From Octopus sinensis (lineage: Eukaryota), in the NCBI RefSeq assembly GCF_006345805.1, contig NC_042998.1, positions 16,058,001 to 16,122,000 of the forward strand: DNA of 64,000 nt, in the 5' to 3' direction. Shown here piece by piece: positions 25,791 through 37,774 of the stretch. How positions within the stretch are numbered: position 1 is the first letter of the stretch; the number at the start of each line of letters is the position of its first letter. A program made the position numbers and the translations under genes. The notes under the pieces are model-generated. The model worked only from the letters and a program-made list of their open reading frames with translations, did not search any database and was not told where the DNA came from.

Positions 25791-27098
25791 TATAAGATCA
25801 CCAAGTCACACACATATGGTTGTGATGCATGTGTCTGGTGTATCATTATCAGACGGGTAGTCATGGTGATTATATTGGGCTTCGTATAATTGTACTCCAG
25901 TGTCACTTTGTTAATTATTCATTTTCGCATTAGTTACATTTCATCGTCAAAATACAGTTTTACAACAAATTTCATGCAAGCTTTGACTGATTATCTTGGA
26001 CAAAACTAAAAATATGTAACGCTTGTTTTTTTTACATGCATGTACATTTTGTAAGTAGAATAACTATACTGAAAATTGCAATTTATGTCAATATCTTATC
26101 CTGTATCTGTAGAAGGAAAATAAAACTTGTAGATATTTCGTTCTGGGGAGAACTTCGTGGAAATTGGCTCAGCTAGCTTAATTTTACTGTTTAAGCATAA
26201 ATTTAACAAATTATAGTAATTACTATAGCGAAAGTGGTTGCTTACATTTACTACATTTCAATTCAATTCAATAAATGTAAAAATATGTAATAAAACGTTT
26301 AAACTGTGCTTCTGGGGTTAATTTAGTTGATCATTCATACGTTATAACATATGTCTAAAAGGATTGAAATTATTAATTTGTCATGTTAATATAATTAAGT
26401 AGAGTATCAATGTCCGCTGGGGAAATCGTCTCGTTTTGTTTCAAACACTATGTTAAATAAGGTTATTTAAACAATCTCATTTATGTCTGACAATAGCAAT
26501 CAGTGACCTATTCTAAATTGTTTTCAACGAGAACTCTATTGATGATTCCTTCTATTATTTATCAAAATCAACCAAAGAATAGAAATTTTCGCCAAATCAA
26601 GATTTGGCAACCAGTAACTTTCTTTTCAATAAATTTGTTTCAATGCTTTTGACTTCTTTCATTATGACACCCTGCGAACTTTCATATAATCTCTATTTCT
26701 ATGCGAAGTATAATGACAATTCGAGTCTACAGCGTGTTACAGATAAAAATGACGCGTTTTCATGAGAAGAATTTTGCTTTGGTCAGCTCTTTGAAGGATA
26801 GCGGCCTAACTCTTCGTCTTGCAAATTTTATTTACACAGAAATTAATAAAAACAAAACTTATAGAATAGCTGAAATGGAAATTTGAGAATGAAAGATCAA
26901 TATGCAACATGTGAAGATTCTACAGTCGTATTTAGCTGCCGTGGATTCCAAAAATATGCTACTTGTTCAGCAAGGAACATAATATATTCAAGCCTGGAGA
27001 CATACATTTAAAAGCAATCAAACGAAGTTTACACCCATAATATCGACATAAATTCTTTCACGTGTTGAACTTCCAGCAATAGTAGTACCCAAGGGAGA

Positions 27099-27137
<39 letters not shown>

Positions 27138-27635
27138 CGATAGAAAGAGAGAGAGAGAGAGGAAGAGGGAGAGAGAGAAAGATAGATAGATAGAGAGAAA
27201 GAGAATGAGAAAGAGAAGAGGGAATCAATTGTTCTTTGACTCATTTTGTAAACAAGATGGATGAAAAAATTGCTATCGGCAATGAAGGAATGGTATAAAG
27301 AATATATATTCTGCCGGCCTGTACACACAACTACTAAAACATATGCTACGGTTAAAGGAATATTGTTCTAGCAAAACGATTAAAAAAACATGTCTTTGGC
27401 CACGAAAAACAGATGCCATATTGAAAAAATGTACCAATAAAATGTCCTAGTAGTTGCGGAAAAATGTACCAATAAAAAATGTACCAACAAAATGTCCTAG
27501 TAGTTGCGGAAATTAGGTAGATAACAATCGGTCAAATATAAACCATAGATTGCATAGCGATCTAAACAAATGAGTTTTCAACGACTGCTTTTAGAATAAT
27601 ATTTTACTTCATATCATAATAAAAATAATAAATGC

Positions 27636-27880
27636 GCCCTTTTAAATCCTCGCCAGGCTCATGGGCCCAGTTTCCCAGTTTCTATGGCGTATGTGTTCCC
27701 CAGCTGGACGGGACGCCAGTCCATCGCAGCGTTTCTCATTTTTGCCAGCTGAGTGAACTGGAGCAACGTGAAAAATAAGTGTTTTGCTCGAGAACACAAC
27801 GCGACGCCCGGTCCAGAAATCGAAACCACAATCTTACGATCATGATGTTGACACGATAAACACTAATCCACGCGCCTTCA
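27636..27880 (-). mobile_element. SINE family C (tail type 2)
   Basis: Same head and core as the 25450 copy, different tail (gatggactggcgtcccgtccag...). Confidence 0.8.
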
Positions 27881-28469
27881 GACTTGATGTCATAGAATAC
27901 ATATAATACTGATCAACATTAGATAAGCCTCCTAGTTGCGAAAAAGCAGAGGCCACAATCTTTGAGACATCACGTGTGGTTTTTGTGCCTAGACTTCAGA
28001 TACACGTAACCCTTTGATTTTAGCAGTATGCATAGAAATTCCGCTGCCCATTTTGATGTAGGACATCGGCCATAATCTTTTCCAATCTCATTAAGAATAT
28101 TCTGACATTTCCTTCATTATTTCTGCATTAACGTCGATGAAAATCTTCTTGCAATATGCTCTCTTGTAGCTTGTTTCCTCATACTGGTCTTTGCAAAAAT
28201 ATTCTTGCCTATCATCATAGTTCATATATCGCCTTCTCGAAAAATATCTCTCACGTGTTTCCGATTAGTGCCAGCTACCTATTACAATCTGAAGCCTCAC
28301 GTCTTGCATTCAATCCTTTCCTCCAGAGGTAATGCTTCCCGTCGTTCTTGATTTTCCTGTCATTATTTCTAATTCTTATTTCCTCTTTTTGCCCATTCTT
28401 CAAATTTGCTTGTATTTTCTCCGTCACTCGATTCAATTCTCTCTGTCTTTTTTTACGATGATTGCTCGC

Positions 28470-29330
28470 CGTAAGACACCAAACCTGGAAATGAGGCCGT
28501 CACCGAAGAGGAGACAAAGAACATCCATTGATGCTCTGGTAATGCGGGCTGTCACCCCACCCTGCTGAAACCACACACATCGAATACGTTTGCGTCGTAA
28601 TTCAGGCACGCACAGACAAGTTGTTTATCATCTCGATGTAACGCTCGGAGTTCACAGAAACAGCATTTCCATTCTTGTCTTCCAAATAGTAAGGATGATG
28701 ACGACAGCTTTACCAACAGCATACCAGACCGTCACTTTTGAGCTGTTTAGTGATCTTTCGTGCAGTTCTCTCGGATATTCAAGAGCCCTATAAAGACAGT
28801 TCTGTTGATACATCATGCCACTGAGGTGAAAAATGAGCTCCATCACTCGATTACAAAATGAGGTTTTTATTTGCCTCAAAAATTGATTCCATTTGACGTG
28901 CAAAGTTAAACCGCTGTGGATAATCCCAGGGCTTCAACTATTGCCCAGTGACCAATTTGTACTGGTGGAAATACAAATCTTCATGCAAAATCGACTTACC
29001 ATCGATTACCGATGCCAAGTACAGTGGAAGGACACCGAGCAGAGTGATTCGGACTCCGCATCGAAGATTGTCTGACGCATTCCACATTTTCCGGGATTCC
29101 GTGAATCCCACACCACCCGTCTCCTATTCATTAGTGTACCTCGTGCATTCACCCAACGTAAGCTTGTGTTACGGGTTGGGACAGCCTAAATTCAGTGAAT
29201 GCTGAAGGGGAGCCGAAATTCACGCTAAGCGGTTGTGATAGACTCGTTATTCTTTACGTAACAGTCGTAGGCAAACGCGATACTCTATCGTCCATAGTGA
29301 CCTGGCTTTACCTGAACAAAGAAAAAAAGA
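28470..29330 (-). pseudogene. Tc1/mariner-superfamily (maT/DD37D-like) transposase remnant
   Basis: Minus strand pieces YVKNNESITTA*REFR, ILHEDLYFHQYKL, FHLSGMMYQQNCLYRALEYPRELHERSLNSSKVTVW, GNAVSVNSERY and WFQQGGVTARITRASMDVL. Confidence 0.85.
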
Positions 29331-29426
29331 CATCCTAAAACGCAATGGTACCTGTCGGACATATGTCCTTACAATTGGGGCTAATACTCATTTCACAAAC
29401 GTCCGTCCTCTCTATCCAACCCAGTC

Positions 29427-29484
<58 letters not shown>

Positions 29485-29487
<3 letters not shown>

Positions 29488-29515
29488 TATATCCATCCAT
29501 CTATCTATCTATCTG

Positions 29516-29608
<93 letters not shown>

Positions 29609-29670
29609 CTATCATCTATCTATCTATCTATCTATCTATCTGTCTGTCTATCTATCTGTCTATCTATCTG

Positions 29671-29757
<87 letters not shown>

Positions 29758-29783
29758 GTCTGTCTATCTATCTGCCTATCTAC

Positions 29784-29800
<17 letters not shown>
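29485..29800. repeat. (TCTA)n/(TCTG)n compound microsatellite
   Basis: Direct reading; source of the LSIY ORF. Confidence 0.95.
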
Positions 29801-29860
<60 letters not shown>

Positions 29861-30007
29861 GTGAAATAGAAAGATGAATAATCTTGTAGTGGATTAATCA
29901 AAAGTTTAACCGATACCTTAGTAGCAAAAATCACAGCAGTGAACAGCACGGTTGGAGGTACAACCATCTGGCGTTGCAACCGAGCGTTGGTGCGGATAAT
30001 TGAACTT

Positions 30008-30257
30008 AAAACATTATTGGTGAATTGAAGAAATGGAGCTGAACGCAGATTGAACAGAAATCGTTTTATTTCATTCTACACGTGTTTCGAAAGGCACAAA
30101 TTACCAAAATCCGATTGAAGAGAAAGACACAATATGGTCCCATTATTCAATCGGATTTTGGTAATTTGTGCCTTTCGAAACACGTGTAGAATCAAATAAA
30201 ACGATTTCTGTTCAATCTGCGTTCAGCTCCATTTCTTCAATTCACCAATAATGTTTT
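30008..30257. repeat. Inverted repeat, 112-bp arms, 26-bp spacer, with 5'-clipped hammerhead
   Basis: Arms 30008-30119 and 30146-30257, 1 mismatch seen. Confidence 0.9.
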
Positions 30258-30280
30258 ATATATATATATATATATATTTA

Positions 30281-30495
30281 TTTTTTTTACTTGTTTCAGT
30301 CATTTTGACTGCGGCCATTCTAGTGCACCGCCTTTAATCGAGTAACTCGACCCTGGGACTTATTCTTTGTAAGCCCAGGATTTATTCTATCGGTCTCCTT
30401 TGCCGAACCGCTAAGTGACGGAGACATAAACACACCACCATCGGTTGTCAAGCAATGCTCGGGGGACAATCACAGATACAAGCATACACGCACGT
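30281..30495 (-). mobile_element. SINE family A 3' half
   Basis: Matches the family A tail. Confidence 0.85.
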
Positions 30496-30497
30496 AC

Positions 30498-30530
<33 letters not shown>

Positions 30531-30611
30531 AAATAATAAATATTAGGGAATAAATCCAAATTTACAGGGAAAAAATCAGATTTAGGATTAATCCAATTTT
30601 ATAGTAAATAT

Positions 30612-30947
30612 TATAAAATATTATTAGAGACAAAACCACTATTTTGCAAAACAAAACAAGGAAAGACTTAATCAATACATAAATTTTAATAAATAGTCAA
30701 AAAAACCGCCACTACAATTGTTTCTCTGTCTTGATCGACAATCTTCAGGTGGACTTCCAATAAGTCAGTTTCAAATTATGAAGTCATAATTTGAAACTGA
30801 CTTATTGGAAGTCCACCTGAAGATTGTCGATCAGACAAGAAACAATTGTAGTGGCGGTTTTTTTGACTATTTATTAAAATTTTATGTATTGATTAAGTCT
30901 TTCCTTGTTTGTTTTGCAAAATAGTGGTTTTGTCTCTAATAATATTT

Positions 30948-30951
<4 letters not shown>
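30612..30951. repeat. 340-bp near-perfect palindrome of a PLE-like end
   Basis: Arms 30612-30781 and 30784-30951, 2-nt spacer, a few small differences. Confidence 0.92.
30813..30854 (+). ncRNA. Minimal type-I hammerhead ribozyme motif
   Basis: CCAC-CTGAAGA-TTGTC(gatca)GACAA-GAAA-CAATTG-TA-GTGG; GUA triplet; palindromic stem III; mirror copy on the minus strand 30709-30752. Confidence 0.75.
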
Positions 30952-30986
<35 letters not shown>

Positions 30987-31828
30987 GCACAGAGAGAGAG
31001 ACAGAGAGGAAGACAGACAGGTAAATAGACAGATAGATAAATAGATAGATTTATAGATATATAGATAGATAGATATATACATATATATATAATATATATA
31101 TTATATATATATATATATATATACATATATACACTTATATAAAGAAGCCTTTTTCCTTTCCACATATTTTAATACACCATATTCAGTTACAAACACTTCA
31201 CATCGTATGTCTTCTGCATATTGGTTTGGAAAGATACTGACATATAATTTTCCAATGGAGAATTCTGACTTGATTTCTCTAACATTTTTTTTTTTCTGGA
31301 AATAGGGCAAGGAGGTCGCGCAATGTCATCGCAATGCGGATAGATATTCAGCTGCAACTCATGGTAGAACTGGGATATAAAGATCATGCACTTTATGTCA
31401 TGTAAATCTCAAAATGATAAACAAGTAATCAACATTGTACTGTATACTATCTCTCCAGATATTCATAATGCCGTATCTGGTAACATTTACTAAAATGTGA
31501 GAATGCAAGTATATCATATGATGGTTTCAGATTCCATGTTCAACGTACAGATATTTAGCAGTTTGATTGCACGAAAAGTTACAGGAAATTGTATCTTAAC
31601 TTCAAGGCACACTATCTTACTACATAACAACCGACGCGTATGGAAATGAAACCTGTGAAGCTGTCTATGTAATATCTTCAAATGGAATACATGAAATTAA
31701 ATAAAACAAAAGGAAAATGAAATGGTAATAACGCATGTCAGCCTCTTGATTTCTTTGAATACATATATGTGTACATGTACATGTAACACACACAACACAC
31801 ACACACATACTCACTCACACACACACAC

Positions 31829-31874
<46 letters not shown>

Positions 31875-31912
31875 AAAGACACTATATCTATATCTCGTAT
31901 CTGTATCATATA

Positions 31913-32100
31913 TCTATTATATAAAATTCGTCCTGTCTGTCAGTTTGTGTGTCTTATAGGATCTCGGGCATTCTCCATCCGATTGCGCTCAAATTTGATA
32001 TATAGATACCGACGGAATCAGGTGGTGTATAAGTCTTGAAAAAAATTACAAAATCGATTCCAGGTGAGAATGCGATCGATAAAGCTGTTTTTGTCCTGCT
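31913..32100 (+). mobile_element. Helitron-like non-autonomous 5' end
   Basis: A|TCtattatataaaattcgtcctgtctgtc start resembles the 5' end of the 15423-17073 element; 3' end not identified. Confidence 0.4.
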
Positions 32101-33086
32101 TTTCTTCCGTCAACCTGTACATAACTGCACCTTCCATTTTTTGTTGTTTTTGTACTGCTTAAAGGCACGTTTCTTTCCTGCCAAGCTTACTATTTAAACC
32201 ATGTTTGTGTTCTCCCAGTAATCAGCCATATCATTACTGGTACTTTAAACTCTTCGGTTGCATATTTGTGTGAATAAAATCGTTTTTCTTTGGAATAGAT
32301 GAAAGTCTATCTTTATGTCTTCTTTTGCTGGTGTCTCAAATTTAGGTTAAATCAGTGTTTTTCAAAGAGGAGACCTATGGGACGGTGGGACAAGTTAATG
32401 TTTGACAACACAGCACTGTCCATTGGACGGGGGGCGTTTTGCTCGTGTATATCTATAGGGTAACCTACGTAACAGATTTGGAAACTTGTTAAAGTTACGT
32501 ATTTAGCAGCCCTTAAGATTTTTTACCCTCAGTGTAGTTTCACCAGACATATCTATTTCACTTGAAGAATTGCAGAGAAAGATGTAGGCAATTTATAAAC
32601 ACATCAAATCTAGAATCTCCACAGACCCGGAATACGATAACTGCCGTACTATAGTTTTTAACATTTTATTTCTTATCTGTGCTGTGTATGCAGAACGTAT
32701 TATAACGAGAGATTATTCTACGGGGAAATTACCTGTGCGAGCGTCCAATCACCGAATGCCAATCAAATCTCGCTTCTACGATATATAAAACATTAGTATC
32801 TTTTTCCGACATAGATGTCGCAAACAGCCGGCAAGCTTATTTATAACTCATATTTAAGGACGGAAGTAGTGTTAATATCTGAACCTAATCTTTATATCAA
32901 ACTTAACATGCATGATTTATTAGGACAACGAATAATGCATTATTAGCCTTGAGAAATTCTCTGATGTAGGCCTGTGGTTCATAAAAGCACACTCACAGAG
33001 CGTGGCAGAAGAGAACCATGTGACGGTCACCGGAAATGCGATATCACGTGATTGCATTGTAGTGGAAGTCATCCATGAGAAGCTTA

Positions 33087-33264
33087 AGGCACGAAATTTT
33101 AGGGGAGGGAGTCAGTCGATTAGATCGACTCCAGTACGCAACGGGCATATGGCGCAGTGGTTAAGAGCGTTAAGAACCCCAAGGTTCCGAGTTCGATTCA
33201 AGGCAGTGACCTTAATAATAACAAGAACAATAACGACAACAACAACAATAATAATAATAATAAC

Positions 33265-33308
<44 letters not shown>

Positions 33309-33657
33309 TAATAATAATAATATAATAATAATAATGATAATAATAATAATAATAATAATAATGATAATAATAATAATAATAATAGTAATAATAACAACAA
33401 CATCGAAAAATACCTTAGGAATGAGAACACAGGGTCGAAATTTCCCCAAGACATCTGATGAAATTTGGACGGTATATCAGCCGAAACGTTGTGTTAACAA
33501 CAAACAAGATGAGGACAAATATGCGTCAAATATTAATAATGTAAATAATGGAACTTAATTTATTGACCCCAAAAGAATGAACTGCAAAATCGAATTCGGC
33601 GGAATTTGAACTCAGAACGTAAAGACAGACAAAATCCCGCTAAGCATTTGGCCGCCT
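33087..33657 (-). mobile_element. SINE B (B2) split by the SINE D insertion
   Basis: B sequence ...ccagtacgcaac stops at 33142 and resumes tggaacttaattt at 33549. Confidence 0.7.
33143..33548 (+). mobile_element. SINE D: tRNA-like head + (AAT)n + hammerhead-bearing PLE-like tail
   Basis: A box TGGCGCAGTGG 33150-33160, B box GTTCGATTC 33191-33199, (AAT)n 33213-33400, ACAT-CTGATGA...CAGCC-GAAA-CG-TT-GTGT 33451-33494. Confidence 0.65.
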
Positions 33658-33659
33658 AG

Positions 33660-34090
33660 TCTAGGCACAAGGCGCGAAATGGAGGAGGAGCCAGTCGATT
33701 AGATCACTTCCAGTACGCAACCGGTACTTAATTTATCGATCTTAATTTATCGTACTTAATTTATCGATAAGGATGAAAAGCAAAGTCGACCTCGGCAGAA
33801 TTTGAACTCAGAACGTTAAGACATGCAAAATACTAGTAAGCATTTCACCAGGCGAGCTAACGTATTTATTTCTTTACTACCCACAAGGGGCTAAACACAG
33901 AGGTGACAAACAAGGACAGACAAATGGATTAAGCCGATTACATCGACTCTAGTGCGCAACTGGTACTTATTTAATCGACCCCGAAAGGATGAAAGGCAAA
34001 GTCGACCTCGGCGGAATTTGAACTCAGAACGTAGCGGCAGACGAAATACCGCTAAGCATTTCGCTAACGTTTCAGCCAGCTCGCCGCCTT
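33660..34090 (-). mobile_element. Two further SINE B copies (B2 partial, B1 full)
   Basis: 33660-33862 and 33866-34090 match B. Confidence 0.85.
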
Positions 34091-34502
34091 CGTGAGGAGA
34101 AATATTAATTCAGGAATTTCTCCATCAAATCATATGTCTAGCGGGACCCATTACACACTACCATAATGAAGAATATTGCAACTAATCAACATAAATTCTC
34201 CATCAACAGATCTTTCGATAGATAAATGCTTTGATACATACGAACAAAGTGCATCATGCAGGTGTGAATGTGTGTGTCTGTTGGCGGGGGTCTGCGCATT
34301 ATCTGCATGGATATACATGTGCATATACGCATGTATTCATATTCGTGTTTATATTCATAAATTTGTGCGTGGCAAGAACTAATGAAAGGGAGATTCCAGT
34401 TAGCAGTTTTCTCCTTTGAACTTTAATAGATTTGTTTTTAATTTATACTCCCACACATCGTATAGATTCGTTATATATTCATCCAAGACAGAGACAATTA
34501 CC

Positions 34503-34734
34503 TATTTCTTTATTACCCACAAGGGGCTAAACACAGAGGAGACAAACAAGGACATACATAGGTATTAAGTCGATTACATCGACCCCAGTGCGCAACCGGT
34601 ACTTAATTTATCGACCCCGAAAGGATGAAAGGCAAAGTCGACCTCGGCGGAATTTTAACTCACACGTAACGCAGACGAACTACCGCTAAGCATTTCGCCC
34701 GGCGTGCTAACGTTTCTGTCAGCTCGCCGCCTTT
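34503..34734 (-). mobile_element. SINE family B (B1) with 17-bp TSD
   Basis: TSD agac(a/g)gagacaattacc at 34486-34502 and 34735-34751. Confidence 0.92.
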
Positions 34735-35699
34735 AGACGGAGACAATTACCGACGTTCTATGCAGCAGAGAATTTTCAGCATGAGACAAATGGTACCCTT
34801 GTGAACCGACAAATAAAGTGTATGTGTGTGTGTGTGTGTGCGTTTGCGCGTGTGTGTATGACTGAATATATGTATGAATGAAAGTATGTAAGTTCCCATA
34901 TTTGGAAATGTTAGGAACCAGAAGATGTACCAATACCTTTGCGATCGAGTGTCAATAACCTAACGGCCAATGCTCATAGTACAATTTAGGTGCAGTACGG
35001 CCTACGAAAACGGATATATGATTGCAAAATCTGATGAGAATAGATTCAAAATTTCATTATTCAGAAACAAAATCTGTTATTGCCAATATATATTCTCTCG
35101 TGAGTGTGTAAGCTATTATCCGTAAAGGAGAAAAAAAAAAAAAACTTGTGTGAGCTTACCAGTATGCAGTGTGGCAAATCATATCAATTTATGTCTAGGT
35201 ATACGTTAATGGTTAAGTGAGAATCCTATTAAAACTGTATTTTTGTATATAGGCCTTTCAAAGGCATTAGACATTTTAGAAAAAATAAATTTAAAAATTG
35301 AATCATATATAGAGATGGCAAATACAGATGAAAGCCGAAAATGAAAAGCAAAACAGAAGAAAAAAACGATGGTGAATAAGATCGACTTACCAACTGGATA
35401 TGGTTGAATGCTTTTAAAATTGGAGTAATGTGTTTGACACGTTTATAGATTAATTTTCGTTTTGTCGTAAACATTCCATTGATTCGTGATTCATATTATA
35501 TCGTTGAAAACAATTTTTCCCTCTCATTTTTTTTCATTTTTTTAATACTTTCTGACAAACAATTTAAAATTGAGATAAACGCCTACGCTGTGTATGTGTC
35601 GAAGTAATGGCCAAATCGTATATTGTACACGTGCGTGTGTGTTTGTATATATATATATATATGTATTTATATTTGTATATATATATATATATATATAAA

Positions 35700-35885
35700 G
35701 GTACATGAAGCCCAGTTACAACTACAGCCGGCTATTACCAGTAAAGGTCTTAGTTGCCAATTTTGTACTAGACATTGTAGATCTTTAGCTGGGCTAAAAA
35801 GTCACATTCGATCACAGCACCAGTAACAGTTAAGCTTCGTGCAATGGCTATACTCGATAACGAGGGGGCAGTCATAATAATAACC
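35700..35885 (+). mobile_element. RTE-clade-like LINE 3' end
   Basis: CQFCTRHCRSLAGLKSHIRSQH* resembles the terminal zinc finger of RTE ORFs; short 3' UTR ending in (TAA)n. Confidence 0.65.
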
Positions 35886-35889
35886 TGAA

Positions 35890-36090
35890 TCCAAACAAAG
35901 AAGAATAAACAAGAACAAACAATAACGCGTGGACGTGGTACAAGTACTGTATTATCAGACACTCAGGAAAGAAAGGTTAGAGGATTTAACTTTTCGAGCC
36001 TTGCTCTTCTTCAGAAATAGAGGGAAGTCCAAAGGAAGGGACGATGGAGGAAGAAAATCGCCAACGATACACACGCCGTTGCATTTAGAA
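35890..36090 (-). mobile_element. P2 Penelope-like end with hammerhead-like fold
   Basis: Minus 36018-35984: ATTT-CTGAAGA-A-GAGC(aag)GCTC-GAAA-AG-TT-AAAT. Confidence 0.65.
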
Positions 36091-36117
36091 ATATATATAT
36101 ATATATATATATATATA

Positions 36118-36860
36118 GCTGGAATACAAAAAAATAAACAAAACAAAAGACGAAGACAGGTGTGTAAACAACAAACATACATAGTTTATCGCTTGGAAAG
36201 TGAAGAAGTCTTTTACGTTTCGAACCTACGCTCTTCAACAGATATAAACACAAATAAGCATAGAGACAAAATAAAGAAATGGGTTAGTGGCTAGGGATCA
36301 ATCATGGCGAATCCCGGAGAGAGGTAATCAGAGAGGAGAGCTAGGTGGTAGTAGAGATAAAGTAGTGGTGATTCCAAAACTAAGGTGCGCGTGCATGTGT
36401 ACGTGCGTGTGGAGAGGCTGGTGACCATTACATGTGCGTGTATACATGTGTAGGCGTATGGATGATGGTGTGGTTACTGGCAAGTGGTCAGTGCTGCTGT
36501 GTGTGGGGTGGTATTGTAGTGTGTGGTATTGTAGTGTGTGGTTTGGTGGTGTGTGGTGTGGTGTTGTGTGGTGGTGTGTGATGTGTTGTGGTGGTGTGTG
36601 TGGTGTGCTGGTATTGGGGTGTTCAAGAAGCAAAAGTGGGCTGGGGTGAAGGTGGGTGTAGGGGTGTGGTATGTGAGAGTGGGGGGTCAGATGTTGGGGT
36701 AGGGTGTGGGTGTGGGGTATGTAGGGGTATGTCGGAGTCGAATGAGTGGGATGGGGTTGGCTTGCAATGTGATGTTTAGAGATGGTGGGGTTGGAATGTG
36801 TAGGGTTAGGGTAAAGATGGAGGGGTGACAATGAAGGGAGAGGGTACTAAATAAAAGGTT
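36118..36860 (-). mobile_element. P1 Penelope-like 3' region with GT-rich UTR and hammerhead-like fold
   Basis: Fold at 36211-36245 (CTGTTGA-A-GAGC/GTTC-GAAACGTA); distal ggtgacaatgaaggg resembles the end of the PLE ORF at 60420. Confidence 0.55.
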
Positions 36861-37049
36861 AGTAAATAATATCTGACTTAAAGATTGTGAATAGAATAGA
36901 ATATTTGAATGTGATTTCTGACCTTCTAGAATGGCTCTTAGCAGTGGTTGTCGTGGTGGTGGCAGTAGCAGACAGATGAATTGGATGAGAGGGAACTAAA
37001 GGAGAACGAGGAATAGGAGGAATTAAAAAACGGCAATGAGAACATAGAA

Positions 37050-37262
37050 TCGTTAGCACGCCGGGCGAAATGCTTATCGGTATTTCGTCTGCCGCTACGT
37101 TCTGAGTTCAAATTCCGCCGAGGTCGACTTTGCCTTTCATCTTTTTGGGGTTGATAAATTAAATACCAGTTACGCACTGGGGTCGATGTAATCGACTTAA
37201 TACCTATGTCTGTCCTTGTTTGTCCCCTCAATGTTTAGCCCCTTGTGGGTAATAAAGAAATA
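37050..37262 (+). mobile_element. SINE family B (B1)
   Basis: Matches B. Confidence 0.9.
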
Positions 37263-37544
37263 GGTATTAAATGGCAGTGATAGGAAGAGAAAAAGAAACA
37301 AAGAGGGAGCAAAGTAAACATTTAAGTTAAAGGGCATAAAAAAGATGAATAATACGATGCTTTGCGTATTACATAATTAATCGTAATAAAAAATGGAAAG
37401 AAATACGTAAGAGGTGAATGCAAATAGAAAAAAAAGAAAACATGGCAATTTCCTCGACAACTATGCAGATCTAGAAGAAGCATACCTACGGTATATTTAA
37501 AGTAAAAGGAGCTTTATATATATATATATATCTTTAATAAAAAA

Positions 37545-37620
37545 CATTTAATAAAATGATGTAGAACGAAACGATTGTACCAAATTACCGGAGTCATTCT
37601 TGTTGCTTATTTTGATTATA
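37545..37620 (+). repeat. Partial third copy of the 38745-39060 PLE-like end
   Basis: tttaataaaatgat...cgaaacgattgtaccaaattaccggagtcattcttgttgcttattttga, then (TA)n. Confidence 0.8.
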
Positions 37621-37625
37621 TATAT

Positions 37626-37674
<49 letters not shown>

Positions 37675-37691
37675 TATATATACATATTTAT

Positions 37692-37726
<35 letters not shown>

Positions 37727-37729
37727 ATA

Positions 37730-37774
<45 letters not shown>

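Noticed and set aside
33143-33205. tRNA gene (also the heads of SINE A, B and C)
   Set aside because: A/B boxes are present but there is no complete cloverleaf or acceptor stem; these are SINE heads.
35750-35826. Host C2H2 zinc-finger exon
   Set aside because: A single finger ending at a stop and followed by a short UTR and (TAA)n fits an RTE-type LINE terminus; no splice acceptor upstream.
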